Source of the DNA: Deltaproteobacteria bacterium
GTDB taxonomy: Bacteria; Desulfobacterota; Binatia; UBA9968
Length of the DNA: 33,260 nucleotides
NCBI GenBank assembly: GCA_023250495.1
Contig: JAHFAP010000010.1
Span: 1 to 33,260 of the forward strand
Direction of reading: 5' to 3'
Shown here in pieces: positions 1-7,871 of the stretch. Every line of letters starts with the position of its first letter. Position 1 is the stretch's first letter. A program made the translations under genes and the position numbers. The notes beneath the pieces are model-generated. The model was not told where the DNA came from. It did not search any database and worked only from the letters and a program-made list of their open reading frames with translations.

Positions 1-1
1 C

Positions 2-592
2 ACCGACCCGAACTTGGACGTCACTCCCGGCATCCGCGCGGACGCGGTGACCGTGAGCAACGATCACTTCACCCACAATAACGTCGGCGCCGTCTCCGGC
101 GATCCGCTGATCCTGAGAGGGATCACGCTCCGCCAAACCTGGAATCCGATACGCACCAGCGTCAAAGACATCACGATCGTCAACATACCGAGTCAAAGGG
201 GACCTGCGTGGGGCGCGGTGGCTAACTCGATTTTTATCTACGAGATGGGCAGCCTCTGCCTCGCCCACTTAGGCAACCTGGGACACCTGCTGACTCCGGA
301 GCAAGAGAAGGTCCTGCACCGGGTGGACGTCTTGATGACGCCGATCGACTCCATGACGAACCTCGGCTTCGAGGAGCTGCTCAAGGTGATCGAGCAGGTG
401 CGGCCACCCATCGTAATTCCCATGCACTACGACGTGCCGCGCCAGGCCGACCTCTTTGCCGGTTTTGTCGGCGATCGCTATCCCATTCGCCGCTTGAAGG
501 ATTCTCAACTCCTTTTGAGCCGCTCGATGCTTCCCGCCTCGACGGAAATATTCATCCTGACTCACCCGCGCTCGTCTTTTTTCTGGGAGTGA
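2..592 (+). CDS. MBL-fold (beta-lactamase-fold) hydrolase family protein, 5'-truncated by the window edge
   Basis: The frame is open from the window edge, with no stop upstream of the TTG at 14, to the TGA at 590-592. The segments 'SNDHFTHNN' and 'RPPIVIPMHYD' resemble UlaG/UPF0173-type MBL-fold hydrolases. Assignment is by eye only. Confidence 0.55.
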   Translation, partial: TDPNLDVTPGIRADAVTVSNDHFTHNNVGAVSGDPLILRGITLRQTWNPIRTSVKDITIVNIPSQRGPAWGAVANSIFIYEMGSLCLAHLGNLGHLLTPEQEKVLHRVDVLMTPIDSMTNLGFEELLKVIEQVRPPIVIPMHYDVPRQADLFAGFVGDRYPIRRLKDSQLLLSRSMLPASTEIFILTHPRSSFFWE

Positions 593-701
593 GCCGGGGC
601 GGAATCTTTCGGCTCGCTATCGCTTGACCGCCCGTGGTTTTACTTCGCGGTCTATTAGTGTTATAAAATTTGGGTTCGGCTGAAGATCAGAAGGACCTGT
701 T

Positions 702-1067
702 GTGAACCAAAGAGAAGTCAATTTCTTCCGCCGCTTGCTGCAGGAACGTATGCAGGATCTGCTTACCGAGGCGGGCAAGACCGTTGAGGGGATGGACGAA
801 GAGGAGAACTTTCCCGACCCCACGGACCGGGCCTCCATGGAGTCGAATCGCAACTTCATCCTCCGCATCCGCGACCGGGAGCGCAAGCTGATCGTCAAGA
901 TCGAAGAGGCCTTGAGGCGATTGGATGACGGCAGCTACGGGATCTGCGAGGCGTGCGGAGAAAAGATCGGCGCCGCGCGGCTGAAGGCCCGGCCGGTGAC
1001 GACCCTCTGCATCGATTGCAAGTCGGTCCAGGAAGTCGAAGAGAAAAAATACCGAGGTTTCGCCTAG
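702..1067 (+). CDS. dksA: DksA/TraR-family RNA-polymerase-binding zinc-finger regulator
   Basis: 121-aa ORF from GTG 702 with GAAGGA upstream. It has a C-terminal C4 finger, CEAC-x17-CIDC, and an N-terminal coiled-coil-like half with an acidic 'DPTDRASMESN' tip, as in DksA. Confidence 0.85.
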   Translation: MNQREVNFFRRLLQERMQDLLTEAGKTVEGMDEEENFPDPTDRASMESNRNFILRIRDRERKLIVKIEEALRRLDDGSYGICEACGEKIGAARLKARPVTTLCIDCKSVQEVEEKKYRGFA

Positions 1068-1081
1068 CTTCTCCCATCCGC

Positions 1082-1951
1082 ATGAGAATCAAAAAGGCCG
1101 TCATCCCCGTTGCTGGCTTGGGCACGCGCCTTCTCCCCGCGACCAAAACCGTCCCAAAAGAGCTGCTGCCGATCGTGGACATCCCGGCTATCCAATACGT
1201 GGTCCAGGAGGCGGTGGATTCAGGACTCACGGAGATGATCTTTGTCACCGGCAGAGGGAAAGACAGCATCGAGGATCACTTCGACGAGGCGCCGGAGCTT
1301 GAGCAGGTTCTGGAACAGCGGGGGCAGAAAGAGTTGGTGGAGCAGCTCAGGACGATCTCCAAGATGGTCGAGATCGTCTCCGTCCGGCAGAAGCAGCCCT
1401 TGGGGCTCGGCCACGCCGTCCTCTGCGCGCGGGATCTGATTGGAGACGAGCCTTTTGCCGTGCTCTTGTCAGACGATCTGATTGACGCTCCCGTTCCTTG
1501 CGTGCGGCAACTGCTGAATGTTTTCGAAGCGGAGGGGGAATCCGTCCTGGCGCTGCGCCGCGTCCCAAAGCCCGAGGTCCGCAGGTACGGGATCATTCAA
1601 GGACAAGTGTTGAGCGACCGTGTCTACCAAGTGGAGGCAATGGTGGAAAAGCCGGAGCCTCAAGATGCCCCATCCGAGCTGGCGATCGTCGGCCGCTATA
1701 TTCTCCATCCTGAGATCTTCTCCTGTTTGGAAAAAGTTCCGCCCGGGAGGGGAGGCGAAATCCAGCTAACCGACGGTATCGCTGAGCTCGCGCGCCGCAG
1801 GAAGGTCTACGCCTATGAGTTTTCGGGTGTCCATTACGACGTCGGAGATAAGTTGGGTTTCGTGCGCGCAACGATCGCTTACGCGCTAAAGCGCGCTGAC
1901 CTTAGGGACCAGCTTAAGAAATATCTAGCCACGGCGATGAGCGAGGGCTAG
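1082..1951 (+). CDS. galU: UTP--glucose-1-phosphate uridylyltransferase
   Basis: The N-terminus MRIKKAVIPVAGLGTRLLPATKTVPKELLPIVD is the GalU nucleotidyl-transferase signature. ATG 1082 is chosen over the ORF-track start 953, which would overlap dksA by 115 nt. Confidence 0.9.
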   Translation: MRIKKAVIPVAGLGTRLLPATKTVPKELLPIVDIPAIQYVVQEAVDSGLTEMIFVTGRGKDSIEDHFDEAPELEQVLEQRGQKELVEQLRTISKMVEIVSVRQKQPLGLGHAVLCARDLIGDEPFAVLLSDDLIDAPVPCVRQLLNVFEAEGESVLALRRVPKPEVRRYGIIQGQVLSDRVYQVEAMVEKPEPQDAPSELAIVGRYILHPEIFSCLEKVPPGRGGEIQLTDGIAELARRRKVYAYEFSGVHYDVGDKLGFVRATIAYALKRADLRDQLKKYLATAMSEG

Positions 1952-2004
1952 CAGTTCAAAGCATTGGGAGGGGTGCCAACTCAGCACTCATCACTGTTTT
2001 CCGT

Positions 2005-2080
2005 GGGGCCGTAGCTCAGTTGGGAGAGCGTCGCGTTCGCAACGCGAAGGCCGGGGGTTCGACTCCCCTCGGCTCCACCA
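2005..2080 (+). tRNA. tRNA-Ala (anticodon CGC), CCA encoded
   Basis: Hand-folded 76-nt cloverleaf. Acceptor stem GGGGCCG/CGGCTCC carries the G3:U70 alanine identity pair. D arm is GCTC-AGTTGGGA-GAGC. Anticodon arm is TCGCG-TTCGCAA-CGCGA. Variable loop is AGGCC. T arm is GGGGG-TTCGACT-CCCCT, followed by discriminator A and CCA. Confidence 0.95.
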
Positions 2081-2102
2081 AATTTTTGCGGAGCAAAAAT
2101 TT
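2080..2102 (+). other. Perfect 10-bp A/T-rich stem-loop abutting the tRNA 3' end
   Basis: AAATTTTTGC-GGA-GCAAAAATTT. The stem begins with the last A of CCA. There is no downstream U-tract, so a terminator role is uncertain. Confidence 0.4.
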
Positions 2103-2115
2103 AGAGCATTGGAGC
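2087..2115 (+). repeat. Direct repeat, copy 1 (TGCGGAGCAAAAATTTAGAGCATTGGAGC)
   Basis: It matches copy 2 at 2191-2217 except for two 1-nt indels and one substitution. The 13-nt core AGAGCATTGGAGC is identical. Confidence 0.6.
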
Positions 2116-2190
2116 AATGGAACATTGGACAATGCGAAAATGCGGTCTAATGCTCCATTGTTCTATTACTCGCCAAAAGTGCCCGCAAAA

Positions 2191-2217
2191 TGCGGAGAAA
2201 ATTCAGAGCATTGGAGC
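2191..2217 (+). repeat. Direct repeat, copy 2 (TGCGGAGAAAATTCAGAGCATTGGAGC)
   Basis: See copy 1. It lies about 100 nt downstream in the tRNA-to-first-gene spacer. Confidence 0.6.
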
Positions 2218-2238
2218 GGCGGAGGAAAGGAGGAGATT

Positions 2239-3249
2239 ATGAAACGGCTTGGCGTCCTGGCCTGCGGCCTGTGCGCTCTGATGGCGTCGATCTTTTTTCC
2301 CGCGCGTGTCGCTAACTCCGCGGACAAGATCAAATTTCCTTATTCCCCGATCGGATGGGAGAGCCTGGCGTGGTACGTCGCCAAGGAGGCGGGATATTAC
2401 GAAAAGTATGGATTCGACGTCGACCTGTTTTTCCAGGGCGCCTCGTCGGAGGTGATTCAAGGGATGCTGGCGGGCGAGGTCAACCTGGCGGGGATAGCCG
2501 GTCCGGCGGTGATCACCAACGTCATCGGCGGGGGAGACGTGATCCAGGTCGCCGCGCTGGTCAAAACTTTCACGATTCCTCTGTATTCGCAGCCGTCGAT
2601 CAAGACGCTGGCCGACCTCAAGGGGCAAAAAGTCGGCGTGAGCCGGTTCGGGTCGGTGACGCATATTACCGCTCTCTCCGTGCTCCAGCGCGCGGGGATC
2701 GCCAAGAATGTGACGATCGTTCAGACCGGCGGCGTGCCGGAATCCGCCGCCGCCCTCGCTTCCGGTGCCGTCGCCGCGGCGACCGTCCTTCCGCCCCAAA
2801 GCCTCATGCTCAAGGACAAGGGATACCGCGAGCTGGTCGGGCTGAAGGAGTTGCGGGAGCTGAATATCCCGTTTGTCGAAAACGGCCTCGTCACGCGCCG
2901 CTCCTTCGCCAACAAGAATCCGGACCTGGTCAAGAGATTTTTAAAGGCCTCGTTCGAGGGGCTGAAGCGGGTCTTCGACGACAAAAACTTCACCATGAAG
3001 GTCCTGGGGCAGTACACCAAAATCACCGATGCCAAGCTGCTCGAGGACAGCTATGAGTGGGCCGCGGCCGCCTTCGTGAAAGATCCCCGCATCCCCGCGG
3101 ACGCCGAAAAGGCCCTCGCCGAGCAGATGATCACGCTGAAAATGGTTGACGCCGCCGCGGCGGCAAAGACTCCCGTGACGGCCTTCTTCGATAACCAATA
3201 CGTGGACGCGCTGGAAAAAGAAGGCTTCTTAAAAAAACTTTGGCAGTAG
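2239..3249 (+). CDS. NMT1/THI5-like (SsuA/TauA-type) ABC transporter substrate-binding protein
   Basis: ATG 2239 is preceded by AGGAGG. The signal peptide is [28 protein letters not shown]. The PBP-type sequence and the C-terminal '[11 protein letters not shown]' are shared with three other NMT1-like genes in the window. The ORF-track start at 2020 lies inside the tRNA and is rejected. Confidence 0.8.
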   Translation: MKRLGVLACGLCALMASIFFPARVANSADKIKFPYSPIGWESLAWYVAKEAGYYEKYGFDVDLFFQGASSEVIQGMLAGEVNLAGIAGPAVITNVIGGGDVIQVAALVKTFTIPLYSQPSIKTLADLKGQKVGVSRFGSVTHITALSVLQRAGIAKNVTIVQTGGVPESAAALASGAVAAATVLPPQSLMLKDKGYRELVGLKELRELNIPFVENGLVTRRSFANKNPDLVKRFLKASFEGLKRVFDDKNFTMKVLGQYTKITDAKLLEDSYEWAAAAFVKDPRIPADAEKALAEQMITLKMVDAAAAAKTPVTAFFDNQYVDALEKEGFLKKLWQ

Positions 3250-3256
3250 GCTGCAC

Positions 3257-3556
3257 GTGAAAAAGTTAAAGCCTGTCCATCCGGGTGAAGTCTTACTGGA
3301 AGAATTTCTGAAGCCAATGGATCTCAGCCAAAATCGGTTGGCTTTAGCCATAGGGGTGCCTCCGCGGCGCATCAATGAGATTGTCCTAGGCAAGCGCAGC
3401 ATTACTGCGGATACGGCCCTGCGGTTGGGACGCTATTTTGGGATGTCGCCGCAGTTCTGGCTCGGCTTACAGATGGATTATGACCTGGACATAACGGCCG
3501 ATAATCTGGAAAGGCGCTTGAAGAAGGAAGTGAAGCCGCGCGCGGCTGCCCTTTAG
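3257..3556 (+). CDS. higA: HigA-family antitoxin-like XRE helix-turn-helix protein
   Basis: [72 protein letters not shown] is a near-textbook HigA (VapI-type) antidote sequence. GTG start lies 7 nt after the preceding stop. No HigB-like ORF is adjacent. Confidence 0.85.
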   Translation: MKKLKPVHPGEVLLEEFLKPMDLSQNRLALAIGVPPRRINEIVLGKRSITADTALRLGRYFGMSPQFWLGLQMDYDLDITADNLERRLKKEVKPRAAAL

Positions 3557-3663
3557 ATCCCGTGTGTCTCAGCGGAGTTACGGCAGTAGCGAAAACAAGC
3601 TGACTTAAGCCTTCAACCTTCTGAGCCCAAGTGGGTTGATGAGAGGACACGGCGGAGGTAACG

Positions 3664-3915
3664 ATGGCTAAATACAACTACGATGACTGGACTTTTTGCG
3701 GAGGTCGTGTAACGGAGCGCCGTATCCAGAAGCCCTGTTTCTGGGATGACAAATTGGTTGCCCTGGTCGATGGCGTGCCCACGGGCGTGTGCGGGCAATG
3801 TGGGGAGCGATACTACAGGGCCGCCGTGCTTAAACGAATCGAAGCTAACCTTAAGACCCGGAGCCGTTCCCGTCAGATTCGCCTGCCCGTTATTGAGTAC
3901 TCTGCAAGGATGTAA
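3664..3915 (+). CDS. YgiT-type (MqsA N-terminal-like) zinc-finger domain protein
   Basis: 83 aa with GGAGGT RBS. It carries 'FCGG...x...VCGQCGERYY', the YgiT/MqsA zinc-ribbon pattern. The first Cys of the first CxxC appears replaced (WTFC). Confidence 0.6.
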   Translation: MAKYNYDDWTFCGGRVTERRIQKPCFWDDKLVALVDGVPTGVCGQCGERYYRAAVLKRIEANLKTRSRSRQIRLPVIEYSARM

Positions 3916-4050
3916 AGGGGAATCCCGCCAGCATTAGTTCCCCGATCACGATCCACGGACACGAGCCACTTTTTCCTTTTACCCCTTCGACTTTGCTCAG
4001 GGCATGCTTTTTACTTTTGCCTTGCTTGCCGCCTATTGCCTCCCCCACTC

Positions 4051-4079
4051 TTGACGTCCATCCTTAATCTGCCTATTTT
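4051..4079 (+). promoter_or_regulatory. Sigma70-like promoter candidate (TTGACG-N17-TATTTT)
   Basis: Hexamers at 4051-4056 and 4074-4079 with a 17-nt spacer, about 50 nt upstream of the 4128 start. Pattern match only. Confidence 0.3.
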
Positions 4080-4127
4080 ACGCACCGCAACTTAGATCTA
4101 CTGCCGAAACTTCTTCGGAGGAATTCG

Positions 4128-5075
4128 ATGAAAGATTACGAGCCGGTTGAAATTCGCGGGGTTTTTCGTTCGCACTCTCATCTTCCAATCTGGGAGGTGC
4201 TGGAGAAGGCCGGCATTTGGGAAAAGTTGGGCATCAAGATGGAGGGGATGGAATATTGCGCGAGTCCGCCGGTGGCGGAGGGGGCCCTCTTCGACGGGAA
4301 GATCGACTTTATCTCCGGCAATCACATCACGCCGTACGCGCTTGTCGGGAAAGGAAAGCCGATTGTGTGTCTTGCGTCGCCCAGCAATAACGTGCGCGAC
4401 CGGCTGGTTTCGCGCGCGCCGACCCGTTCGCTCGCGGAGCTGCGCGGGAAAAAGATCGCGGACCTGGCGCTGGAAGGCCGGGTGGCCGGCTTTAATCACC
4501 TGAGGGGAAACCACATGCTCTATCTTCTCCGCGCCGGACTCAAGCTCGATGAAGTCCAGTGGGTCGAGATCGGAGACGATATGTCGCCGGCTTTCAGAAA
4601 GACGCAGTTCGAAATGCTTCAGTCGGGCCGGGCTGACGCGGCTTTGATTACCGGAGCAACGCGTCCGTACGAGGAAGCGGGATTTCATGTCCTTCAACTC
4701 GACCCTTTGCCGATGATCAACGGCCCGACGCTTACGACTTCGATCACCGCGCTGCAGCGCAAAGACCGCCTCGGGGAGAGAATGGTCAAGGCCGTCGTCA
4801 TGGGCATCCACTTCGCGCGCACGCGCCGGGAAGAAACCGAGCGCATTCTCGACGGCTTGAGAAAGCGCGAGCCCGAAGCAGGCGCGGTCCGCTACGAGAG
4901 CCTTACAAGAATGCCAGTCAAACCCTATCCGGCCCTTGAGGCGGTTGCGAACGCCTACGAGCTCTGTCTCATGAAAATACCCGAGGCGAGAGAGTTTAGC
5001 CCGCTCGCGCTATGGGACATCCACTACCTCCGCGATCTCGATGACAGCGGCTTCATCGAGGAGCTATACGGGTAA
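4128..5075 (+). CDS. NMT1/THI5-like periplasmic-binding-fold protein without a signal peptide (probably cytoplasmic, function unknown)
   Basis: 315 aa with GGAGGA RBS and no hydrophobic N-terminus. It has the PBP-like 'KIDFISGNHITPY' segment and the family C-terminus 'DDSGFIEELYG'. Confidence 0.6.
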   Translation: MKDYEPVEIRGVFRSHSHLPIWEVLEKAGIWEKLGIKMEGMEYCASPPVAEGALFDGKIDFISGNHITPYALVGKGKPIVCLASPSNNVRDRLVSRAPTRSLAELRGKKIADLALEGRVAGFNHLRGNHMLYLLRAGLKLDEVQWVEIGDDMSPAFRKTQFEMLQSGRADAALITGATRPYEEAGFHVLQLDPLPMINGPTLTTSITALQRKDRLGERMVKAVVMGIHFARTRREETERILDGLRKREPEAGAVRYESLTRMPVKPYPALEAVANAYELCLMKIPEAREFSPLALWDIHYLRDLDDSGFIEELYG

Positions 5076-5289
5076 AGGAAAACGAGGCGGAGGGTACCGC
5101 TAGGCCTCTGAATGACAAGGCGTGAGGTGTGAGGCAACAGGCAATGGGCGAGAGGCAGCAGGGGAAACCGTGCTCGTGGGTTGAGAGTCGTTCATCCCTC
5201 TCCGAGAGCGCGGCTCGACACGATCCATCCTTCCAACATCACACCAACCGCATTGGCTGCCGACGGGGGTGTACTAAACGTCAGCAGTC

Positions 5290-5318
5290 TTGCATATAGT
5301 GCTACTATAAGCTAGACT
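5290..5318 (+). promoter_or_regulatory. Sigma70-like promoter candidate (TTGCAT-N17-TAGACT) placing the transcript start at or next to ATG 5327
   Basis: Hexamer spacing is 17 nt. The -10 ends 8 nt before the ATG and there is no Shine-Dalgarno, which suggests a leaderless mRNA. The spacer holds a small dyad, ATAGT-GCT-ACTAT. Confidence 0.3.
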
Positions 5319-5326
5319 ACCGGCGT

Positions 5327-6487
5327 ATGGTTCTCCGGCGCTTTTGGATCAAAGAGATAGAAGCGGCATGGAGCCGGCGTTCCGTCGTCTGGCTGTCGGG
5401 CGTTCGGCGCGCGGGCAAGACCGTTCTCTCCCAAAGTCTTCCCAACGTCGAGTATTTCGACTGTGAGCTCCCTCGCGTGCGACGCGCCATGGAAGATCCC
5501 GAAGGTTTTCTGCAAAGCCTCAGCGGGAAGAGAATCGTTCTGGATGAAATCCATCGCCTCCAGCATCCCTCGGAGCTTCTTAAAATCGCCGCCGACCACT
5601 ACCCGAGCGTCCGCATCCTAGCCACAGGCTCTTCGACTCTGGGAGCTTCAACGAAATTTCGCGACACTTTAGCCGGGCGGAAAGAGCAACTGTGGCTCAC
5701 GCCGATGACCCTGGCGGACCTGGAAGACTTTGAACGACGCGATCTTCGCCACCGTTTCCTTTACGGCGGCCTTCCTCCGTTTTTCTTGGCTGAAAAAATT
5801 CCGGAGCGTGAGTTTCAGGAATGGATGGACGCCTATTGGGCCAAGGACATTCAAGAGCTATTTCGGCTCGAACGGCGTCATTCCTTCCAAAAATTCGCCG
5901 AGCTGCTCATGGCCCAGAGCGGCTGCATCTTCGAGGCGGCGAAGTTCGCCCGACCGTGCGAGGTCAGTAGAGGCACGATTGCCAACTATCTGGCCGTCCT
6001 GGAAGCGACCTTTGTCGTCCACGTGCTGCGTCCTTTCAGCACCCATCGCGCGACGGAGATCACGTCGGCTCCCAAGGTCTATGGATTCGACACCGGTTTT
6101 GTTTGTTATCACCGTGGCTGGCATGAGCTTCGTCGGGATGACCTTGGCCTTTTATGGGAACACTTCATCCTGAACGAACTCCACGCCCGACTTCAATCTC
6201 CGGGGATCCGCTATTGGCGCGACAAGCGGGGTCACGAGGTTGATTTCATCCTTGCTGGGAGAAAGAAGGCGCCGACGGCCATCGAATGCAAATGGTCCTC
6301 TGCCGACTTTGACGCAACCAACTTGCAGGCGTTCAGAAGAGTCTACCCTAACGGCGACAATCTCGTGGTCGCCAATGACGTAAAAAAACCCGTCGCGCGA
6401 TCCTACGGAAACGTCTCCGTAAGGTTCCTCGGACTGGCGGGGCTTGCGCCCTATCTTCAGAAATCGCGTTCCTCCGCGCATGCTTAG
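5327..6487 (+). CDS. AAA-family ATPase with C-terminal DUF4143 / PD-(D/E)xK-like domain
   Basis: Walker A is 'GVRRAGKT' and Walker B-like is 'IVLDEIH'. The C-terminal 'GHEVDFIL...AIECKWS' is a D...E-x-K nuclease-like motif. The architecture matches the AAA_14 + DUF4143 family. Confidence 0.8.
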   Translation: MVLRRFWIKEIEAAWSRRSVVWLSGVRRAGKTVLSQSLPNVEYFDCELPRVRRAMEDPEGFLQSLSGKRIVLDEIHRLQHPSELLKIAADHYPSVRILATGSSTLGASTKFRDTLAGRKEQLWLTPMTLADLEDFERRDLRHRFLYGGLPPFFLAEKIPEREFQEWMDAYWAKDIQELFRLERRHSFQKFAELLMAQSGCIFEAAKFARPCEVSRGTIANYLAVLEATFVVHVLRPFSTHRATEITSAPKVYGFDTGFVCYHRGWHELRRDDLGLLWEHFILNELHARLQSPGIRYWRDKRGHEVDFILAGRKKAPTAIECKWSSADFDATNLQAFRRVYPNGDNLVVANDVKKPVARSYGNVSVRFLGLAGLAPYLQKSRSSAHA

Positions 6488-6537
6488 GCTGCTTTGAGCC
6501 GACAAGAAAGGTAATCGTCTCTTTTTCCGATTTCAGC

Positions 6538-6574
6538 AGGCCCGTGTCGGCATGACCTGGGCCTTTTTGTTTTT
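6538..6574 (+). terminator. Possible intrinsic terminator after the ATPase gene
   Basis: AGGCCC / GGGCCT stem (6538-6543 with 6559-6564) followed by TTTTTGTTTT. The loop is long at about 15 nt, so this is weak. Confidence 0.35.
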
Positions 6575-6609
6575 GGCGAAAGCGGCTGGTATAAAATGAC
6601 CTCCACTTT

Positions 6610-7338
6610 ATGGAAACAGTCAAAGTTACCCTTTGGATCTACCGGACGTCCTTGTCTCGGTCCGTCAAGCTGCTTGCCGGAAACTGGGGCATCATCTTCG
6701 CGCCGCTCGCTTACAGCGTGGTCTTGTCCGTCGCTGCGGCGGTCTTTGCGCCGTTCTGGTTTGTGGGAGGGATCGTCGTGACGGCTGTGACTGCAGCTTG
6801 CGCGAGCTCGGGGCTTCACGTCATTGAAAACGTCGTCCGGATGGGGAAGATCAATCTGGACGACTTCGTGAAGGGCTTCGCGGTCTATCTATGGGAGATC
6901 CTCAGGATCGCGTTCATCCTCTGGATCCCGATGACGCTGCTCTCGCGGGTGGCCTATTCGATGCCTGAAGGGCCGCTCGTCCTTCTGGTTGTTCAGATCC
7001 TTCTGTATGTGATCCTGAACCCGGTGCCGGAGCTGATCTACCAAACCCGGGTTTCGGGAATCGCGCTGCTATCCGCGAGCTATGAGTTCATCGTTGAGAA
7101 CTGGATCGAATGGTTCCTGCCCAACGTGTTGATCGCGGCGGCGGCCTACCTGCTGATGGGTTTGTTGAATGGCCTGGCGACTCGCGTGCCTTTCTTTCTT
7201 CGGTTCTTTTTTGTCGCCTCCACTTTCGGTCTTTTTCTTACCTTTTTGATGATCTTCCGCGCGGTTCTTTTTTCCGAGCTCAACGGCACGACGCGCCGGG
7301 GCCGGGTTTTCCGCTACCGGACGCAGGCAGCTGAGTGA
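6610..7338 (+). CDS. Hypothetical polytopic membrane protein
   Basis: 242 aa with several long hydrophobic segments, for example IIFAPLAYSVVLSVAAAVFAPFWFVGGIVVTAV and FFFVASTFGLFLTFLMIF. I recognise no family. Confidence 0.6.
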   Translation: METVKVTLWIYRTSLSRSVKLLAGNWGIIFAPLAYSVVLSVAAAVFAPFWFVGGIVVTAVTAACASSGLHVIENVVRMGKINLDDFVKGFAVYLWEILRIAFILWIPMTLLSRVAYSMPEGPLVLLVVQILLYVILNPVPELIYQTRVSGIALLSASYEFIVENWIEWFLPNVLIAAAAYLLMGLLNGLATRVPFFLRFFFVASTFGLFLTFLMIFRAVLFSELNGTTRRGRVFRYRTQAAE

Positions 7339-7384
7339 GCCGACCCGTCATTGTTCCACTGCCTCGCTCTTTTTCATCTCATCG

Positions 7385-7843
7385 TTGATCCGGCAGCTCC
7401 GAGCGAGATTCGCCCGCAGCGCAAAACAGGGCGCCCCGTGCAGCGCCTTGACAAGGCAGCAGAACTGGACTACCGCTATTGGACAGTTGAGACCGACCCG
7501 CGGATTTTTTCTGATCGGCTTTCTTTCCGTAGGAGGCCTGTCCGCTTGGCCATCTTGGGGCGCCGAAAATCCGGCTTCGTTATTCACCGACATCTGCTCG
7601 GTCTGCCACGGGGTTGGCGGCAGAGGAGACGGCCCCAGCGCCGCGGGGCTCTACCCAAAGCCTGCCGACTTTACCGACTGCAAGGCCATGGCCGCCGACT
7701 CCGATCAGACCCTCTTCAAGATCATCAAGGAAGGCGGGCAGAGCGTGGGCCGCTCCACGGTCATGCCGTCGTGGAAAGACTCTCTGAGCGACGATCAAAT
7801 CCGGTCGCTGGTAAAATATATCCGCGGCTTCTGCAAAAAGTAG
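7385..7843 (+). CDS. Monoheme c-type cytochrome
   Basis: Single CSVCH heme-binding motif, a candidate distal Met in 'STVMPSW', and a hydrophobic export segment FFLIGFLSVGGLSAW. The start is uncertain: TTG 7385 in the ORF track, while TTG 7487 gives a classical signal peptide. Confidence 0.75.
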   Translation: MIRQLRARFARSAKQGAPCSALTRQQNWTTAIGQLRPTRGFFLIGFLSVGGLSAWPSWGAENPASLFTDICSVCHGVGGRGDGPSAAGLYPKPADFTDCKAMAADSDQTLFKIIKEGGQSVGRSTVMPSWKDSLSDDQIRSLVKYIRGFCKK

Positions 7844-7871
7844 CGGACTCTCAGTTGCAAAGGAGGCGCTT

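Noticed and set aside
953-1081. Upstream extension of galU (ORF-track start 953)
   Set aside because: It would overlap dksA by 115 nt and adds an Arg/Pro-rich non-homologous leader. The GalU signature begins right after ATG 1082.
2020-2238. N-terminal 73 codons of the 409-aa ORF-track entry 2020..3249
   Set aside because: It starts inside the tRNA-Ala gene and runs through the repeat-containing spacer. A signal peptide with a strong AGGAGG RBS begins at ATG 2239.
3560-3652. Long-range complementarity (CCGTGTGTCTC ... GAGAGGACACGG) enclosing the HigA-YgiT spacer, as a possible structured RNA
   Set aside because: It is only 10 bp with an internal mismatch loop, competing alternative pairings exist, and I cannot test covariation. 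It could be chance in GC-rich DNA.
3257-6609. Integron-like cassette array (small co-directional genes, including antitoxin types, separated by 100-250-nt spacers)
   Set aside because: I scanned the spacers for attC-type R''/R' boxes (RYYYAAC ... GTTRRRY) with internal dyad symmetry and found none. No intI gene is present either.
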